Shown: positions 21,030 to 39,583 of the stretch, one piece after another
Layout of the letters: the number at the start of each line of letters is the position of its first letter
How positions within the stretch are numbered: position 1 is the stretch's first letter
Assembly: GCF_009914755.1 (NCBI RefSeq)
Contig: NC_060925.1
DNA length: 64,000 nucleotides
Reading direction: 5' to 3' (one strand)
Origin: the human T2T-CHM13v2.0 reference genome, Homo sapiens
Made by a program: the position numbers and the translations under genes
The notes under the pieces: generated by a model
What the model was told of the DNA's origin: nothing
Seen by the model: only the letters and a program-made list of their open reading frames with translations
The model's database searches: none

Positions 21030-22772
21030 GCATAAAATATACATGGTATAGCGAATGAACATAGTAAATATACAAGTAACAACCTCTCAGGTCAAGAAAT
21101 AGAAAAATCCACCTTTCCCCTTGTGAAAAGCCTTCCCACTGCCCTTCATTTTAGGTAACTGTTTTTTGGGAGAGAGTAAAGAAAACCTCATGAGGTTGTT
21201 GAGATCAGCCCCTAAATTCATATTCCTACATGATCTTGGGCCAGGGCAGGTAAAAAGAGGCACCAAGATGCCAGGATATTGTGTGTGTTTGTATCTGTGA
21301 GTATGTGGGAGGGCATGCCCACACCTATGCCTACCCAGACTGGGGCAAGTGATTTAAAGCAATCTTAAAAGTTGGGGGTAAATCTGCACTTCTAATAGTA
21401 AACATTTTAAAAGTAAAAGCACATTCCTACTAAGCAGACACAGCACTATCCTGCCTTAGGCTTAAACCAAACCTTAATAGGAAATCACAAAATTTTTAAG
21501 ACACGAGTTTTAAAACAATACAAATCTAGACCAAGTACATATACTGCTTCACTCCCATTGTGGATAGGAAAGATGCTTTAAGTGAAAAGTTGGCATTATG
21601 GGGCTGCAAAATTCCAGCCATCCAATAGGCTTATTCCATTCAATGAGCACGGGGGTTCTCTGGGCTCGCAGCAGGCATCCAACAGGGTAGCACATATATG
21701 CTCTCTGAGTGAGAAAGCAACACCTTCTCACATACAACCCCCTGGAGAGAGACAGGGAAGGGGAGGGGGAGGACTTTACACCTGCAAACTCCTAACTAGC
21801 TAGGGCTAGGAAAAACAGCACATTTAAAAAAAAAAAAAAAGAAAGAAAATGAAAAAAAAATTTCCTGATAAAGCCAGTAACTTTCAAATAATCTTCCCAA
21901 GTTATTTTTTTTAGGATCCTAGTAAGTGTAATGATTCAACAGCCAGTCTTTGTCTTCCTAATGGACTTAGTCAAGCTTTAACTAATGCATACGCATACTG
22001 CTTAAAAGGGCAGCTGTCAGAATGCTTACTCCTCCTAGTAGAAAAACACTATAAGCACAAAGTGTTGTCATATTAATTGAGACACCTCAACTTCAAGGCA
22101 CATCTGTCTCTGGGTCTTTGGATAATCAAAATGACCACTAAAAACAGAACAGCGGTATCTCCAATGGGGCCAACATGAGCCACCCCCAATCCTAAGAGAC
22201 TCCTGTGAGATGGGACCTGGGATACACATATGTTTTGCAGAACCAAACTGAGTATCCATCTAAATGTAGCCATTTGTTTCCAGTTTTTACTTTATGTCCT
22301 GTTAAGGCTGGGAGACAAAAGTAATGAACAGACACGTAACTCTTGGCCTACAGTGACAATCCACAGTTAGCTCACTAGCTGACTAAGGTTTGGTAGGGAA
22401 GAAAACTGCTCCCCAGGTCTAAAAGGGCTGCTGCTTGCACTGACAGTCCAAGAGCTGCATAATGAACATCTTGGTTTTCGTTTTTTATTTTTGAATTTCC
22501 GCATCACCAAAAGTAAGCTGGCTCTGTCTGTCAAGATGCCCAGGCTGTGTGGCAGCAGTGTCAAAGGCTGCCTCTTGCTCCAAGGCACTGCCATCTGCAG
22601 CAGCACAACATTTTGTCTCCGGAAAATAAACACATCTGCCTTTGCCAGTGTCCTCCCACTGTGCTGCCCATCTGGAGCAGGTGAGCTGAAGGCAAGCCTC
22701 GGCATGGGTGAGACGGGGGCAAGTAGAGAAGATGAGGCCTCAAGGGAGATGGCACATGGAGGAAGAAGGCAG

Positions 22773-22783
22773 TGCTGCGTCAT
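22773..22783 (-). promoter_or_regulatory. Candidate intronic ARE ATGACGCAGCA
   Basis: Full RTGACNNNGCA match in non-repeat sequence of intron 3. Confidence 0.35.
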
Positions 22784-23485
22784 GTCACATCCTGCTAACC
22801 ACGTTTGCCAAAAATCATGTGAAATTACCCTTGTTAGTGATATTTCAATCACATGTAACAAATGGTTGGTAGTGTATAAGGGACAAGACTTGCAAAGTCA
22901 GGGTTTCACCTGGGCCATCTGTTCACAGGACCTCACTGATACCAATAAACAGATGATGCCTTTGTGCCAGCCACCTAAGGCATGAGAAGAATAATTCTCA
23001 TGGTCAGAATAGAAGGCTCAAAGCAACAGGTTTCTTCTAGGACAGGAGCATGCTATACATGCCTACTACTAACCAGACCAAACAGCCTTGAATTAAGGCC
23101 AGAGTGTGGGGATAAGCTTTGGTCACTGCTGGAAATGACTAAGACCTGAAATCCTTTCCTACATATTCTTTCCCATTCCCTAAAAAAATAAATAAATAAA
23201 TAAAAATTCAAGTCTGGTTGTGGTCTTGACATAAGATTTTTAAATCATGCTATTTGGGGGCTGGAACAAACCCTAAAAACCATCCAATCAAATGCTTGCT
23301 TTCTCCCAAGGTTTTCAACTAACTCACAGCAGAGCTAGTATTAAACCTCCTATTGCAGGGCTCTTTGGTGGTAAGGGAACAGTGATGGCACCTTTTCAAA
23401 TAAAACTTTACCTAGAATTCCTATCTATCAAATAGATAAAAGCTGAGTTGAGCTATATGAAGCAGAGCTAAAGTGCTGAACACTT

Positions 23486-24132
<647 letters not shown>

Positions 24133-24497
24133 TCACAGAATAAAGTTTGAAAACCACTACATCAGGCTGGATATCTTTTCAACTTATTATTTCTACTGTT
24201 TACTTGCTAAGCATTTACAAATAAATAGGTAAAAAGATAAATTACCAAAGGCTCATGAAACACTTCGGAAAAAGTTCTAATGAAAACTCTTTGGCCAGTG
24301 TGGCAGTGAAACCCGACGATTACACATCATGGAGGCCAGCATCCTACTCTAAGCCTTGCCACAAAATTTCACGTTCCCAAGGACACCAGATTTGCCTGGT
24401 TTATACCTGTCTCTCTATCTGTTAAATGGAGATAATTTTAGGGCATTCAGATGGGCTACATCAAATATGCCACATAATTCATTTTAAGTAAGAAATA

Positions 24498-24831
<334 letters not shown>

Positions 24832-24842
24832 TCAAACTGTAA

Positions 24843-25154
<312 letters not shown>

Positions 25155-25803
25155 GAAGAAAGCAAGCCTTGAGCATAGTATAAGCCCTTTTTCTGCTCTT
25201 TGGGGTCTAACCAACAAGAAGAGACCATCTTAAATGTATACAAGCATTTAAATAAACAACTAAACTGAAGGCTTCTGAATTTTTTCCCCATCTGTCTTTT
25301 TTCGTCTTCTGATGATTTCATGCCTTTAATTCCTATACAAATTAACATCCATTTATTAAGAATACTTCTTCCGGTATTCCATTCATTAAGAATTCCCTTC
25401 CAGTGTATAAATGCATAATTAATATTCTCAGCAGAATATATAGACCTAGCTGGATGACACTTTTTCAGCAAACACTTATTGAAAACCTACAATGGACATA
25501 TATTCAAACTTATCTATATAATACTATGTGCAATTTCGACATTTTAACAAAACTGAACATTTCATGTTTCCCTAAATGCACAAATACACTTGTACATTAG
25601 TCCACTAATTAATAAAGAAGACACCATGAAAGAGTTTGATATTTGAAGCTGGAATCTTAACCTTTAACATAGTATATATGTGCTTTGGAAACATATCTAA
25701 GAGAAATACTTAACATCCTTGTAAGTAAAATGGGGATAACACACATCTTATGGTGTCATAATAAGGATACTTAATAACAGATACATATGTAAGTATTTAG
25801 AAT

Positions 25804-26068
25804 AGCACTGTCCAAGAGAACTTCTATGATGATGGATATGTTCCAGATCTGTGATGTCTAATACAATAGTTGTGGCTATTGGGTACCTGAAATGTGGCTG
25901 TGACTGAGGAACAGAATTTTTTTTTTTAAGAACAAAAGTTGATTTAGCATTCAGGCAAAGTCTACCAGGAGATTTTCCACCAGAAACTGAATTTTAAGTT
26001 TTATTTAATTTTAATTAACTTAAATTTAAATAGCCCCATGTGGCTAGTTGGCTACCATACTGGACTGT
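25804..26068. mobile_element. MER3-like hAT relic
   Basis: AGCACTGTCCAA... start and ...GTGGCTAGTTGGCTACCATACTGGAC end. Confidence 0.6.
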
Positions 26069-26112
26069 GTAGATCTAGAAAAATCCTAGCACATAATATA
26101 TGTTCAATGTTA

Positions 26113-26674
<562 letters not shown>

Positions 26675-27595
26675 GTAAGAGCTTTGCATTATTACCTTAT
26701 TTAATCTTCATAATAACTTTTTGAAATTGGTAAGTAGGGAAATTAAGCTTAGAATTTGTCCAAAGACATCCAGCTAGTAAGTCAGTAAGCAAATATTCAA
26801 ACCCAGGTAGTCCAATTCCAGAGACTATGCTCTTAACCACAATGCTAAATTGCCTACATTTTAATGAACCAGTTTATGTAAGATTCATTATATACTCAGT
26901 GGTAGTAAATGTCCTCCCAACCAAACCACCACACATACACAGAGCAAATTAGAAATCAAACAATTTGAGCTACAGACACAGAAGTTATACATGGTAACTG
27001 GCTGACCCAAAATGAGTCACATCTGCCAACTGGTGTGACCATATAAATATACTAAATTTGGTGACTTTGCACTTATTAGGAACACTGACAAACTATCATC
27101 TCTCTTCCCAGAATAAGACGACTAAAATATAAATTCATATTTTAGAACTAAGAATCTATTTTGATAAGGAGATGGGGGAGCAGAGATTGGACCTATTGGA
27201 AAAGCTCAGGCAGAGGTAGTCAATATTTACCAGAGCCCCATGTCACTGTCTACAAGGGATATTTGTTAAGACATCAAACATTTCTGCTAGGAGAAGATTA
27301 AACCAGATTCACTGCATTTGCATGAAGCACACTGCCATTCTTATCTCAATTCCAAAAAGGAGCTTAATTCACTTAATGTCTGTGATATTTATGACACAGT
27401 ATTTATTGTGCCCAAAGCTGGAATTCTTACTCCGGTTCTGCCTGATAAGTCAGAGGAACATCGTACATGGCAAGTCATAAAATGCTGAACACCACAGGAA
27501 CTTCTGGGTGACAGAAAAACTAATATCTGACCCATTTTCCTTTCTCAAGGAGGAGTGAAGAAAAGACCACTTGGTGACAATGACTTTCTTGGAAG

Positions 27596-27597
27596 AA

Positions 27598-27673
<76 letters not shown>
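27596..27673. repeat. Compound A20(TA)17T24 simple repeat
   Basis: Read directly from the sequence. Confidence 0.95.
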
Positions 27674-27681
<8 letters not shown>

Positions 27682-28548
27682 AGACTACTGATCTTTCACC
27701 CAGGACAAAACAATGTATGTAAATTTGCCTCCTCCTCTCAATCCTACATGTCTCTAGCTTCTCTTCAAACTTCATGATCCCTCAGATTGTACAAGCCCTT
27801 GGTCAAAGCTAGCACTGAGAGGTACTATTTATTGAGAAATTATCAGTCAAAGATTATTAGGCACTAGAAAATAAACTGCTTTATAGATCTGTAGTAAGTA
27901 ACTTTAAAAAAAGTAACTTGTTATTTTAAGCAAGTACAGATGAAAACTCAAACCATAATAAAAATATGAATAGCATCAGTGTTCTAGAAACACTACTGAA
28001 GAACCAAAGGCAGAATAGTCAAATAATTATGGCACCATTATTTTAGCTTTGTCTGACCTGCTGTGTGACCTGGAGCTAGTCCCTTTGACACTTTATGCCT
28101 TTCACTTCATCTCAGTGATAGAGACTATCTTTCTCAGTGGAATAGTGAGTAGATTAAATTATTAAGCAAAATGCTTTGGGCAAAAGTCACATGAATGTTA
28201 AATATTATGATTTACAAGCATTCATTTTCCTGGCACCCCTGTGGGGTTAGGAAGTTATCTCCATTTCATAGATAAGTAAACAGGCACAGGGGGTGAGATC
28301 ACGTGGTAAGGCTCTATTTATTTAGTCCCTGTGGGAAGGGAATAACACACACCTTTAGCAACCATATGAACTTTCCTAGCACATCCTACACAATCTTTAA
28401 TGCATTCAATCCTTAACTTAGTGTTGCATCTTTTAACATGCTGTCGATGAAATGGAGACAGCTCTAGAATAGCAACAAGGCTAGAATAAGTAAGGAGGAA
28501 CAATGCTGTATGCTTTGGGAAAAAGTCATAGAAAAACACAGGTAAGTA

Positions 28549-29221
<673 letters not shown>

Positions 29222-29319
29222 AATCTGAATTATTATTTTCAAAGTTCTACTTTCACTAACACATAGAGACTTTCAGTCACAGGTATTAAGTAATATGGTT
29301 TGTTACAAAAACACTTTGA

Positions 29320-30030
29320 AAAAACTAAACGTACTCTTACTATATGATCCAGCAATCACACTCCTTGGTATTTACGCAAAAAAAAACTTATGTTCAAACA
29401 AAAACCTGCACATGGATGTATACATTAGCTTTATTCATATTGCCAAAACTTGGAAGCAACCAAGATGTCCTTCAGTAGGTGAATGGATAAATAACCTGTA
29501 GTATATCTAGACAATGGAGTATTTTTCAATGTTAAAAAGAAATGAGCTATCAAGCCATGAAAAGACATAGGGTAACCTTAAATGTGTATTACCAAATAAA
29601 AGAAGCCAATCTGAAAAGGCTGCATAATCCATGATTCCAACTATATGACATGATGGGAAAGGCAAAACCATGGAGAAAGTAAAAAGATGAGTGGTTGTCA
29701 GGAGTTGTGGGGATGGAGAAGGATGAATAAGTAGAGTACAAAGGATTTTTAGGGCAGTGAAAATACTCTGTATCCTGTAATGGTAGATACATGTCATTAT
29801 ACATTTGTCCAAACCCATAACATCCACAACAGCAAAAGTAAACCCTAATGTAAACTATGGACCTGGGTGATTACTGTCAATATAGGCTCATCATTTGTGA
29901 CAATGTATCACCCTGGTGGAAGATGCTGATAATGGGGAATGCTATACATGTGGGTGAGGAGGAATGTGGGAAATCTTTATACTTCTTCTCAATTTTGCTG
30001 TGAACCTAACACTGCTCTAAAAAATAGTTT
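29320..30030 (+). mobile_element. Old L1 3' fragment (L1MB/MC-like)
   Basis: YDPAITLLGIY and IAKTWKQPRCPSVGEWIN ORF2 C-terminal relics followed by 3'UTR. Confidence 0.85.
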
Positions 30031-30272
30031 TTAGGGGGAAAAAAAAAGGGTAAGTTGTCACAGGCCTTCATATTGGTGTGTCCCAACCAATTCTCTGGGA
30101 ATGAATATTTGCCCTTTGGGCTGTACCTATTAATAACAACTGTGCACAAAGACATTGGACTTAAGAATGAACAAGTAGCAACAGGAGGGGTTCTGGAAGG
30201 CCAAAAAAGGGCAAAAATACTACTCATGTATAATGAGAATATAAAAGAAGCACAAAGGATTTTTCTGCTCTA

Positions 30273-30431
<159 letters not shown>

Positions 30432-30764
30432 TTATTCACTACCCCTGTTCCTAAAGCCCACCATCTTTTGTACACTCAGAGTAAACAAAGCATAGACTGA
30501 GGGGTACAATCCTACTCTAGTCCCTTTCCTCATGCAACAGCTATGAAATAGCTGGTTAGTACTGACAGCAATTCTTGGCCACAAACAGAACCAGTTCTAT
30601 AGTGGAATGAAACTTCTAGCAGCCTTGCTTAAACTATTCATTCATCAACACACTGTGGTTTCTGCCGTAGAAGGAAAGGAACACGAATACACAAGAAGTG
30701 AAAAAAAAAGAAAGGCGTCTTAGATGCCAATCTTTTAAAAGTTTATTTTAAAAAGGATATTGGG

Positions 30765-31058
30765 GGCCAGTCACAGTGGCTCATGCCTGTAATCCTAGAG
30801 CTTTGGGAAGCCAAGGTGGGAAGATCGCTTGAGCCCAGGAGTTTGAGACTAGCCTGGGCAACATAGTGAGACCCCCATCTCTAAAAAAAATTTTTTTTTA
30901 AATTTCTAGGCATGGTGGTACATGCCTGTAATCCCAGCTACTTAGGAGGCTGAGTGGAGAGGATCAATTGACCCCAGAAGTTCAAGTGAGTTATGACTGT
31001 GCCACTGCACTCCAGCATGGGTGACAGAGCAAGACCCTGTCTCTAAAAAAACGAAAAC
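30765..31058 (+). mobile_element. Alu (AluJ-like)
   Basis: Dimer. TSD AAAAAGGATATTGGG. Confidence 0.92.
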
Positions 31059-31615
31059 AGGAACAAAAAGGATATTGGGAAAAGAGAGGCTAGAAGTTAG
31101 GACTACCTCAGAGTCATAGTTTATTAAAAAAATATTTTAAATGTTACTTTATTAAGAAGTATAATATGACTTTCAAAAGTATAAGCCACAGAAAAAGAAC
31201 ATTTCCATCATTCTGCAGTATTTTTAAAAATAGAGTATCTCAAGTGTTAAAACTTCAAAAATAAAAGTTGTCATACCAACAAAGGTACAACCCAGAGGAA
31301 TAGCATCAGGTGTGCATGTAATAACGCATTCACTTTGGAGCTTAATCCCCCTGTAGAATGGGACCAGTGCCAAAAGGCACAAGAATGATCCATAACTCAG
31401 TGGGCCCACACAGAAAATGTCAGTATGGAAAGACACACAGCAGTGTGGTTAAGTAATTGCTTACAACATTTCAAATACCACTGTCAAATTAGGAGAGATT
31501 CAGATTCAAATCCTAACAAATATTTATTGAGCAGCAACTATGTTTCAGGGTCTATGCTGAGTGTTTTCACATGTATTATTGTACTTTATCCTCACAAGTC
31601 TATTAGTGCATATTA

Positions 31616-32268
<653 letters not shown>

Positions 32269-33397
32269 GAAGGAACCTAGACAAGTGGGAATACTATTCA
32301 ATTCTTTACTTAACCCCCTAAACACCACTGAAGATCTGACCATTATCCTAAAGGCAGAAAAGTCATGCCTGATTATCTGCATATAGATTTTCTCTTTCTT
32401 TCCCTTATTTTAGCTCAGTTCTTTAACTTATATAAGAATTACTATATAGAGTTACATACACAAAACTGTACTTGGCAGGTAATTTAAGGGTCTTTAAGGG
32501 CAATTTTAACCAAACAGTTTTTGTCTGTGCACTGACTTTAGACCCTAAAACCCAGTAACAAACAACTCTTGCTACTCTTGTTCACTCTTCTCCCTCTCTC
32601 AGGACAGCCAGTGAAGTCATACAGTACCTACTGGACTTCAGAAGCATTACTGACATACTTCATTTGTTATGCAGGCAAAAAGTGGAACCACTGGAAAAAA
32701 AAGCAGAATTCTTGAAATATTCTAAACCTGCATAAACCTAAGTACCATGTACTTTATGTTCCTGAATGTCAGGACTAAGCCTTATTCATCTTTGAATTCT
32801 CTTAAGTATTAAGCAGAATGCTTACCATAGAAGAGGCCCTCAAAAGTATTTATGGAATTGAATACAAATGCTAAATCCACTGCCCAAACTATGTGAATAG
32901 ATCTTTGGTCATTTTACACATGCAAGTATATTCAAATTAACTTCCTTCATAGCTCCATATTATACCAGTGCAGTGTATAACGTTGTTATTGAACTGTGAG
33001 GTAAGTGGAAATAAGGTTTTCTCTGCCAGACCACCACTACAAACATTCCTGGATCAGAGGCCTAGTGGCTAGTATCGTTTGCTAGGGAGGTTTTCCCAGT
33101 GGATAAGAGTTCATTAGCCCCAGAGAGAGCTCACAAAATACTTCACAAAAGTCTTAATTATCTCTCTAGAAGGAAACCTACCAGAGAGTAAGGCAGAACC
33201 CTTTTATGGCACAGTAAATACTTATAGTTAGTTACACAATGCTTTAGGTTTACAAAATATTTTCATATGTATTATTCATTAGTATTATAATTCATTTCAG
33301 AGATAAGGAAAATAAAGTCCCAGAGAAGATAAATGACTTATCACATAAAAAATAGTAAAGCCAAGGTTTACTTAGGTTTTTTGACGCTGAGATTCAG

Positions 33398-33702
33398 ATT
33401 TTTTTGTTTCTTTGTTTTGAGACAGGGTCTCACTCTGTCGCACAGGCTGGAGTGCAGTGGCACTATCATGGCTCACTGAGACCTTGAACTCCTGGGCTCA
33501 AGTGATCTTCCCACTTCAGCTTCCTGAGTAGCTGGGACTATGGGTGTGCACCACTGCACCCAGGTAAATATTTTTATTTTTTATAGAGCCAGGGTCTTGC
33601 TTTGTTGCCTAGGCTGGTTTCAAACTCCTGACCTCAAGTGATCCTCCCATCTCAGCCTCTCAAAAGTGCTGGGATTACAGGTGCTAGCCACTGTGCCTGG
33701 CC
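33398..33702 (-). mobile_element. Alu (AluJ-like)
   Basis: Reverse dimer. Confidence 0.92.
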
Positions 33703-33827
33703 AGGTTCAGATACTTTTAAACTCAAACCACATCCTCTGAGATATCTAACACTTAAAAAGTCTGATACTACCATCCCTACCTCCAAGATGGTGTTGGGTT
33801 TTTTTTTTTTTGGTTGGTTTAAAAAAA

Positions 33828-34482
<655 letters not shown>

Positions 34483-34571
34483 TAGGATTTTTGTAGAAAA
34501 TCTTTTATGAAGGATTAGAATCTTTAGGGTCTAGACAACTTCTTAAACACAGAAAACTCTAATGAAAATAT

Positions 34572-34914
<343 letters not shown>

Positions 34915-34941
34915 TCAGTTCAAATTTAAAGACAAACCAAT

Positions 34942-35306
34942 TGTTATAGGCTGAATTTTGTCCACCAAAAATTCATATGTTGAAGTCTTAATCCCTAGTA
35001 CTTTAGTATGTGACTGTATTTGGAGAAGGGATCCTTAAGAGGTTATTAAATTAAAATGAGTTCCTAATTCAACATGACTGGTATTCTTAGAAGAGAAAAT
35101 TTGGATATAGTACAAAGAGAAAAATCACGTGAAGACACAGGGAGAAGATGGCCATCTGCAAGCCAAGGAGAGAGGCCTCAGAAATCAACGCTGCCAACAC
35201 CTTAATCTTTGACTTCTAACATCTAGAACTGTGAGAAAATACATTTCTGTTGTTTAAGCCACCCAGTCTGTGACTTTAGTAATGGCAGCCCTAGTAAACT
35301 CATATG
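34942..35306 (+). mobile_element. MLT1A/B-like MaLR solo LTR
   Basis: TGTTATAGGCTGAAT...AAAATTCATATGTTGAAGTC start, GCAAGCCAAGGAGAGAGGCCTCAGAA, and ...ATGGCAGCCCTAG end. Confidence 0.8.
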
Positions 35307-35328
35307 CCAACTAAAACTGTAAGTCTTA

Positions 35329-35460
<132 letters not shown>

Positions 35461-35547
35461 TCAAAGAAGAAAACTGTGTTAGAAACTGCCTTAACAGACA
35501 TTGACCGTCATTATTTATGTAACCATAAACAGGTTTATTAATTACTA

Positions 35548-35893
35548 CAGTTGGCCTTCCATATACATGGATTCTGAATCCACAATTCAACAAACTATGG
35601 ATCAAAATTATTCAGAAAAAAAAAAAAATGGATGCTTGCATCTATCCTGAACATGTACTGACTTTTTTTCTGGTCATTATTCCCTAAACAATATGGTATA
35701 ACAACTATTTACATAGCACTTATGTCATATTAAGTATTATAAATAATCTAGAGATGATTTGAAGTACACAGGAGTACCTGCATAGGTAATATGCAAATAC
35801 TATACCATGTATATAATGGACTTTAAGCATCTATGGATTTGGGTATCTGCAGGGGTTCTGGAACCAATCCCTACAGATACCAAGGGACGACTG
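35548..35893. mobile_element. MER2-like Tigger (TcMar) relic
   Basis: Termini TA|CAGTTGGCCTTCC and AGGGACGACTG|TA with a TA target duplication. Confidence 0.8.
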
Positions 35894-37949
35894 TATATTG
35901 AATAATTTAACTAATTATTGCTTTTAGAAGATTTTAATAGGTAATGGTATCAATTTTTCTCTTTCACTCTTCATGTTAAACCATCAGCATATTGTGTAAT
36001 GCCAATTTCGGTTGGAGAATATACATGAAAGCTACCAATTGAAAATACAATTTAAAGCATTTAAAGGCATTTGAAATGCAAGGAACAGAACGACAGAAGA
36101 AACTGAAGGAATCCAGCCAATGGCGATTATCTTTAGGCTCATGATAACAAAGCCCTAAAATGTTTCCACAACTACAAATGTTAGTTATTATATTTATACA
36201 CATACAAAAGCATATATGAAAAGGACTGGTGCTATAATTAAAATTAAGGAACCATTTCAAGAAAGAATAGAAAATCAACTGAGAATATTAATCACTTTAA
36301 AAAGTAAACAAATTCCACTTCCAAAGAAAAAGAGAAAATTAAAATGATTGCCAAAGCAAAAATTCTAGTGAATATTTTGACAGTAAGCTATTTAAAATAC
36401 CTCACAAAAATCCTAATACTCTAATCTTATCTAGCTGAACCAGAGTCATTCAGATTAGACAGATAAATAAATATTCAGGTTACAGTTATTGCCTAAGGAA
36501 GAAAACTCCACATTCAGTCTGCAGCTTCAGAAAAGGCCTAAATCTTCCTATCTCACTTTCACTTTCACTTTTCATTTTTCAAATAGTGCTGAATAATCCT
36601 CCCTGGGAGACACGTTTCCTGTTTGAAAGCTTCTGAAATGCCAAAATCCTTTAATAGGATTTAAAGAACAAAATGCTACTGTCAAATACTTTACAAGTGT
36701 TTCAGAGTTGTAGATACCAGTAATATGGCTTCTTAGACTTGGAGGGAAAAAACACACAAAATGCACCTGTAGATAATATCAAATTGCCTCAAAACTCCTA
36801 AACAAACACACTTTTATTTGTTATGCAGGCTAGATTTAAAGATTGTTAGTTTGCAAACTTGTTAATAAACGAAAAACATTCACTTATATTATCTATGCAA
36901 AGAAAAAGGAGCAGAAGGGTATATTCTAAGTGCTTGCCAGTGGTAAGAGTATGGGCAGTTTTCGTTTCCTTCTTTTGCTTGTTGGTTTTTCCTAAAACTT
37001 CTATACTTAACATGCCTCACTTTTATAAGAAAGCATTATTCAATAAGTTCGCATTATTTTTATAATAAGAAAAAAGATATTTTTATTTGAAGGGGGAGCT
37101 TGTTTACAAAGAACTTATGTCACACTTAGAAGAAAGGCTAAAATCCTAGGCAGTAACCTGTTCAACTTTAAAATTAGCTTAATACAAGGCCAAAAATGTT
37201 TTTTAAACACTGAATATGTCCAATGAGTAGCAGAGGGCAACATATTTAATAAAAACACAAGAGATAGATACTTAGAGACCCCTGAGTTGTACAGGAAACT
37301 GCCTGTGTAGCTCTGGGGAATTTCTGATTCTTGACGAGGAACTTACAAGATCCACATACATGAAACAAATGGCCAACAAAATGAACAACATTAGCATGTC
37401 ATACTGTGGAAAACCAACTGAACTAGAATCCAAGAGACCTTGGTTATGATGTGGACTTGGCACTCTGAACTTCGGCAAATTACTTGTCCTCTCTAAGCCC
37501 CAGTTTCCAGATGTGTGAAATGTTATTTCCAAATGTGTGAAATGTTAATAATATGACTTACCCCTGTCTAACTCACAAGTGAGAAAAACTAATGAATTCT
37601 ATACATGTCCAATATTATGATACTCAGTGTTAGATAATGTAGTTCGGATTATACATGCTATAGGAATTCAGAAAAGAGAGAATTCTGTGTGGGCTGGAGT
37701 ACTCCGAGTAACTTAAAAGCAATTCTACATAGGCCAAGAGAAAAGAGACATGAAATGCGGCATATAAGCAAACCAAAAGTTATACCACTTAATAAGGTGG
37801 CAATCCTCAGCAAATGTCTACTCTATAGTATCAAAATGTTTTTACAAAGTGACATACTGGACAATTGATTGGAAGTTGTATTATCATTTTATACTTGGAG
37901 AAAGGAGTCCCAGAAGGTTACTATTTTTTCAGCATTCTTGCCTACTCTA

Positions 37950-38408
<459 letters not shown>

Positions 38409-39076
38409 TCAAGAACTAACTCAAATTCATCTTTCTCCCATACCATAGTTATCTTTCTTTTATTACTCTTAGGATTTGCTCTTGAACTCATTAATTTAAA
38501 AACCAACCTACTACTAACTAGTAATACTTCTTTTATTATATAAAATCATCTTGCAGCATTTATTTCCTTGTTTTCTTAATGTCTTGGACTCTTCTATGGG
38601 TTATAAGTAATATACTGCATCCCCTATAATGACTAAAAGTACTGTGTACATAAGTAGGCTTAAAGCACATTCTACTTTTCAATGTGATTTCACATACATT
38701 TGGGATGAAACAAAAGACCTGTAAAGGTAATGATTATTGTTCTACCTAGACATGACTTAATGTTAAAATCACTTGCTTGTCAAAGACCTTAGTATTCAAA
38801 ATAATGGACAAATTTACTCTCAAAACAAATTCACTCCTTTGGAAGGACTGGCTTACAAACAAAACTTCTACAAACTAATCATAGAATTTCATAAAGTATA
38901 AGGTGCTATGTTAAGTGATTTACATTAATTCATTAACCTTTTGAGATAGGTGCTATTACATTACCACCTTATAGATGTTAGCTCTAGGGCACGGAGTTAG
39001 AGAAATTTGCTTAAGGTCACAAGTGGCAGAACCTGGGTTCAACCTATGCAGTGAGTCCAGACATTTTGCCCCTAAG

Positions 39077-39126
39077 TACTATACTATACTATACTATACT
39101 ATACTATACTATACTATACTATACTA
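39077..39126. repeat. (TACTA)10 pentanucleotide microsatellite
   Basis: Read directly from the sequence. Confidence 0.95.
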
Positions 39127-39583
39127 TCTATACTAAATTACTCAATACATAATTTTAAGAAGATTTTGGTTGTTTTTCTGCAGAATCTAAGTTTGTTTTC
39201 CTTAACTGATCAAAGACGTGCTACTGTTGAAAAAGTATTAAGCTTTGGTTCAGATGACTTAATGGTCATTTGACAAATATGTTTGGGCACCTACGTACAC
39301 TTAGTATTATTAAGTACCTGCCTAGTGCTAAGGATTTGCACATAACTCATTTACTAAATCCTCCCGACAAGTTTGTGAGTTTGGTATTGCTAATCTTAAA
39401 GATGAGGAAATCTGGGCACTGCAAAATAACTTATACAAACTCATAAGGCAAATAAATGACAGGGCTCCAATCTCTTAACTCCATTAACTACTTAAATATA
39501 AGGAAAACCTGGCAGCCATTGCTCTGGAAAACTGGAAAAGAAGAATCGGGAGCCACGGGAAGAAGGAAAATGCCAAGCTTCTG

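Noticed and set aside
22367-22985. Overlapping 164-aa ORFs on both strands
   Set aside because: Both use non-ATG starts, show no recognisable homology or exon structure, and lie inside intron 3. Treated as chance unless Ribo-seq or PhyloCSF says otherwise.
37504-37547. 22-bp tandem duplication (also a 13-bp one at about 6710-6740)
   Set aside because: Ordinary slippage duplications inside MIR/L1 relics.
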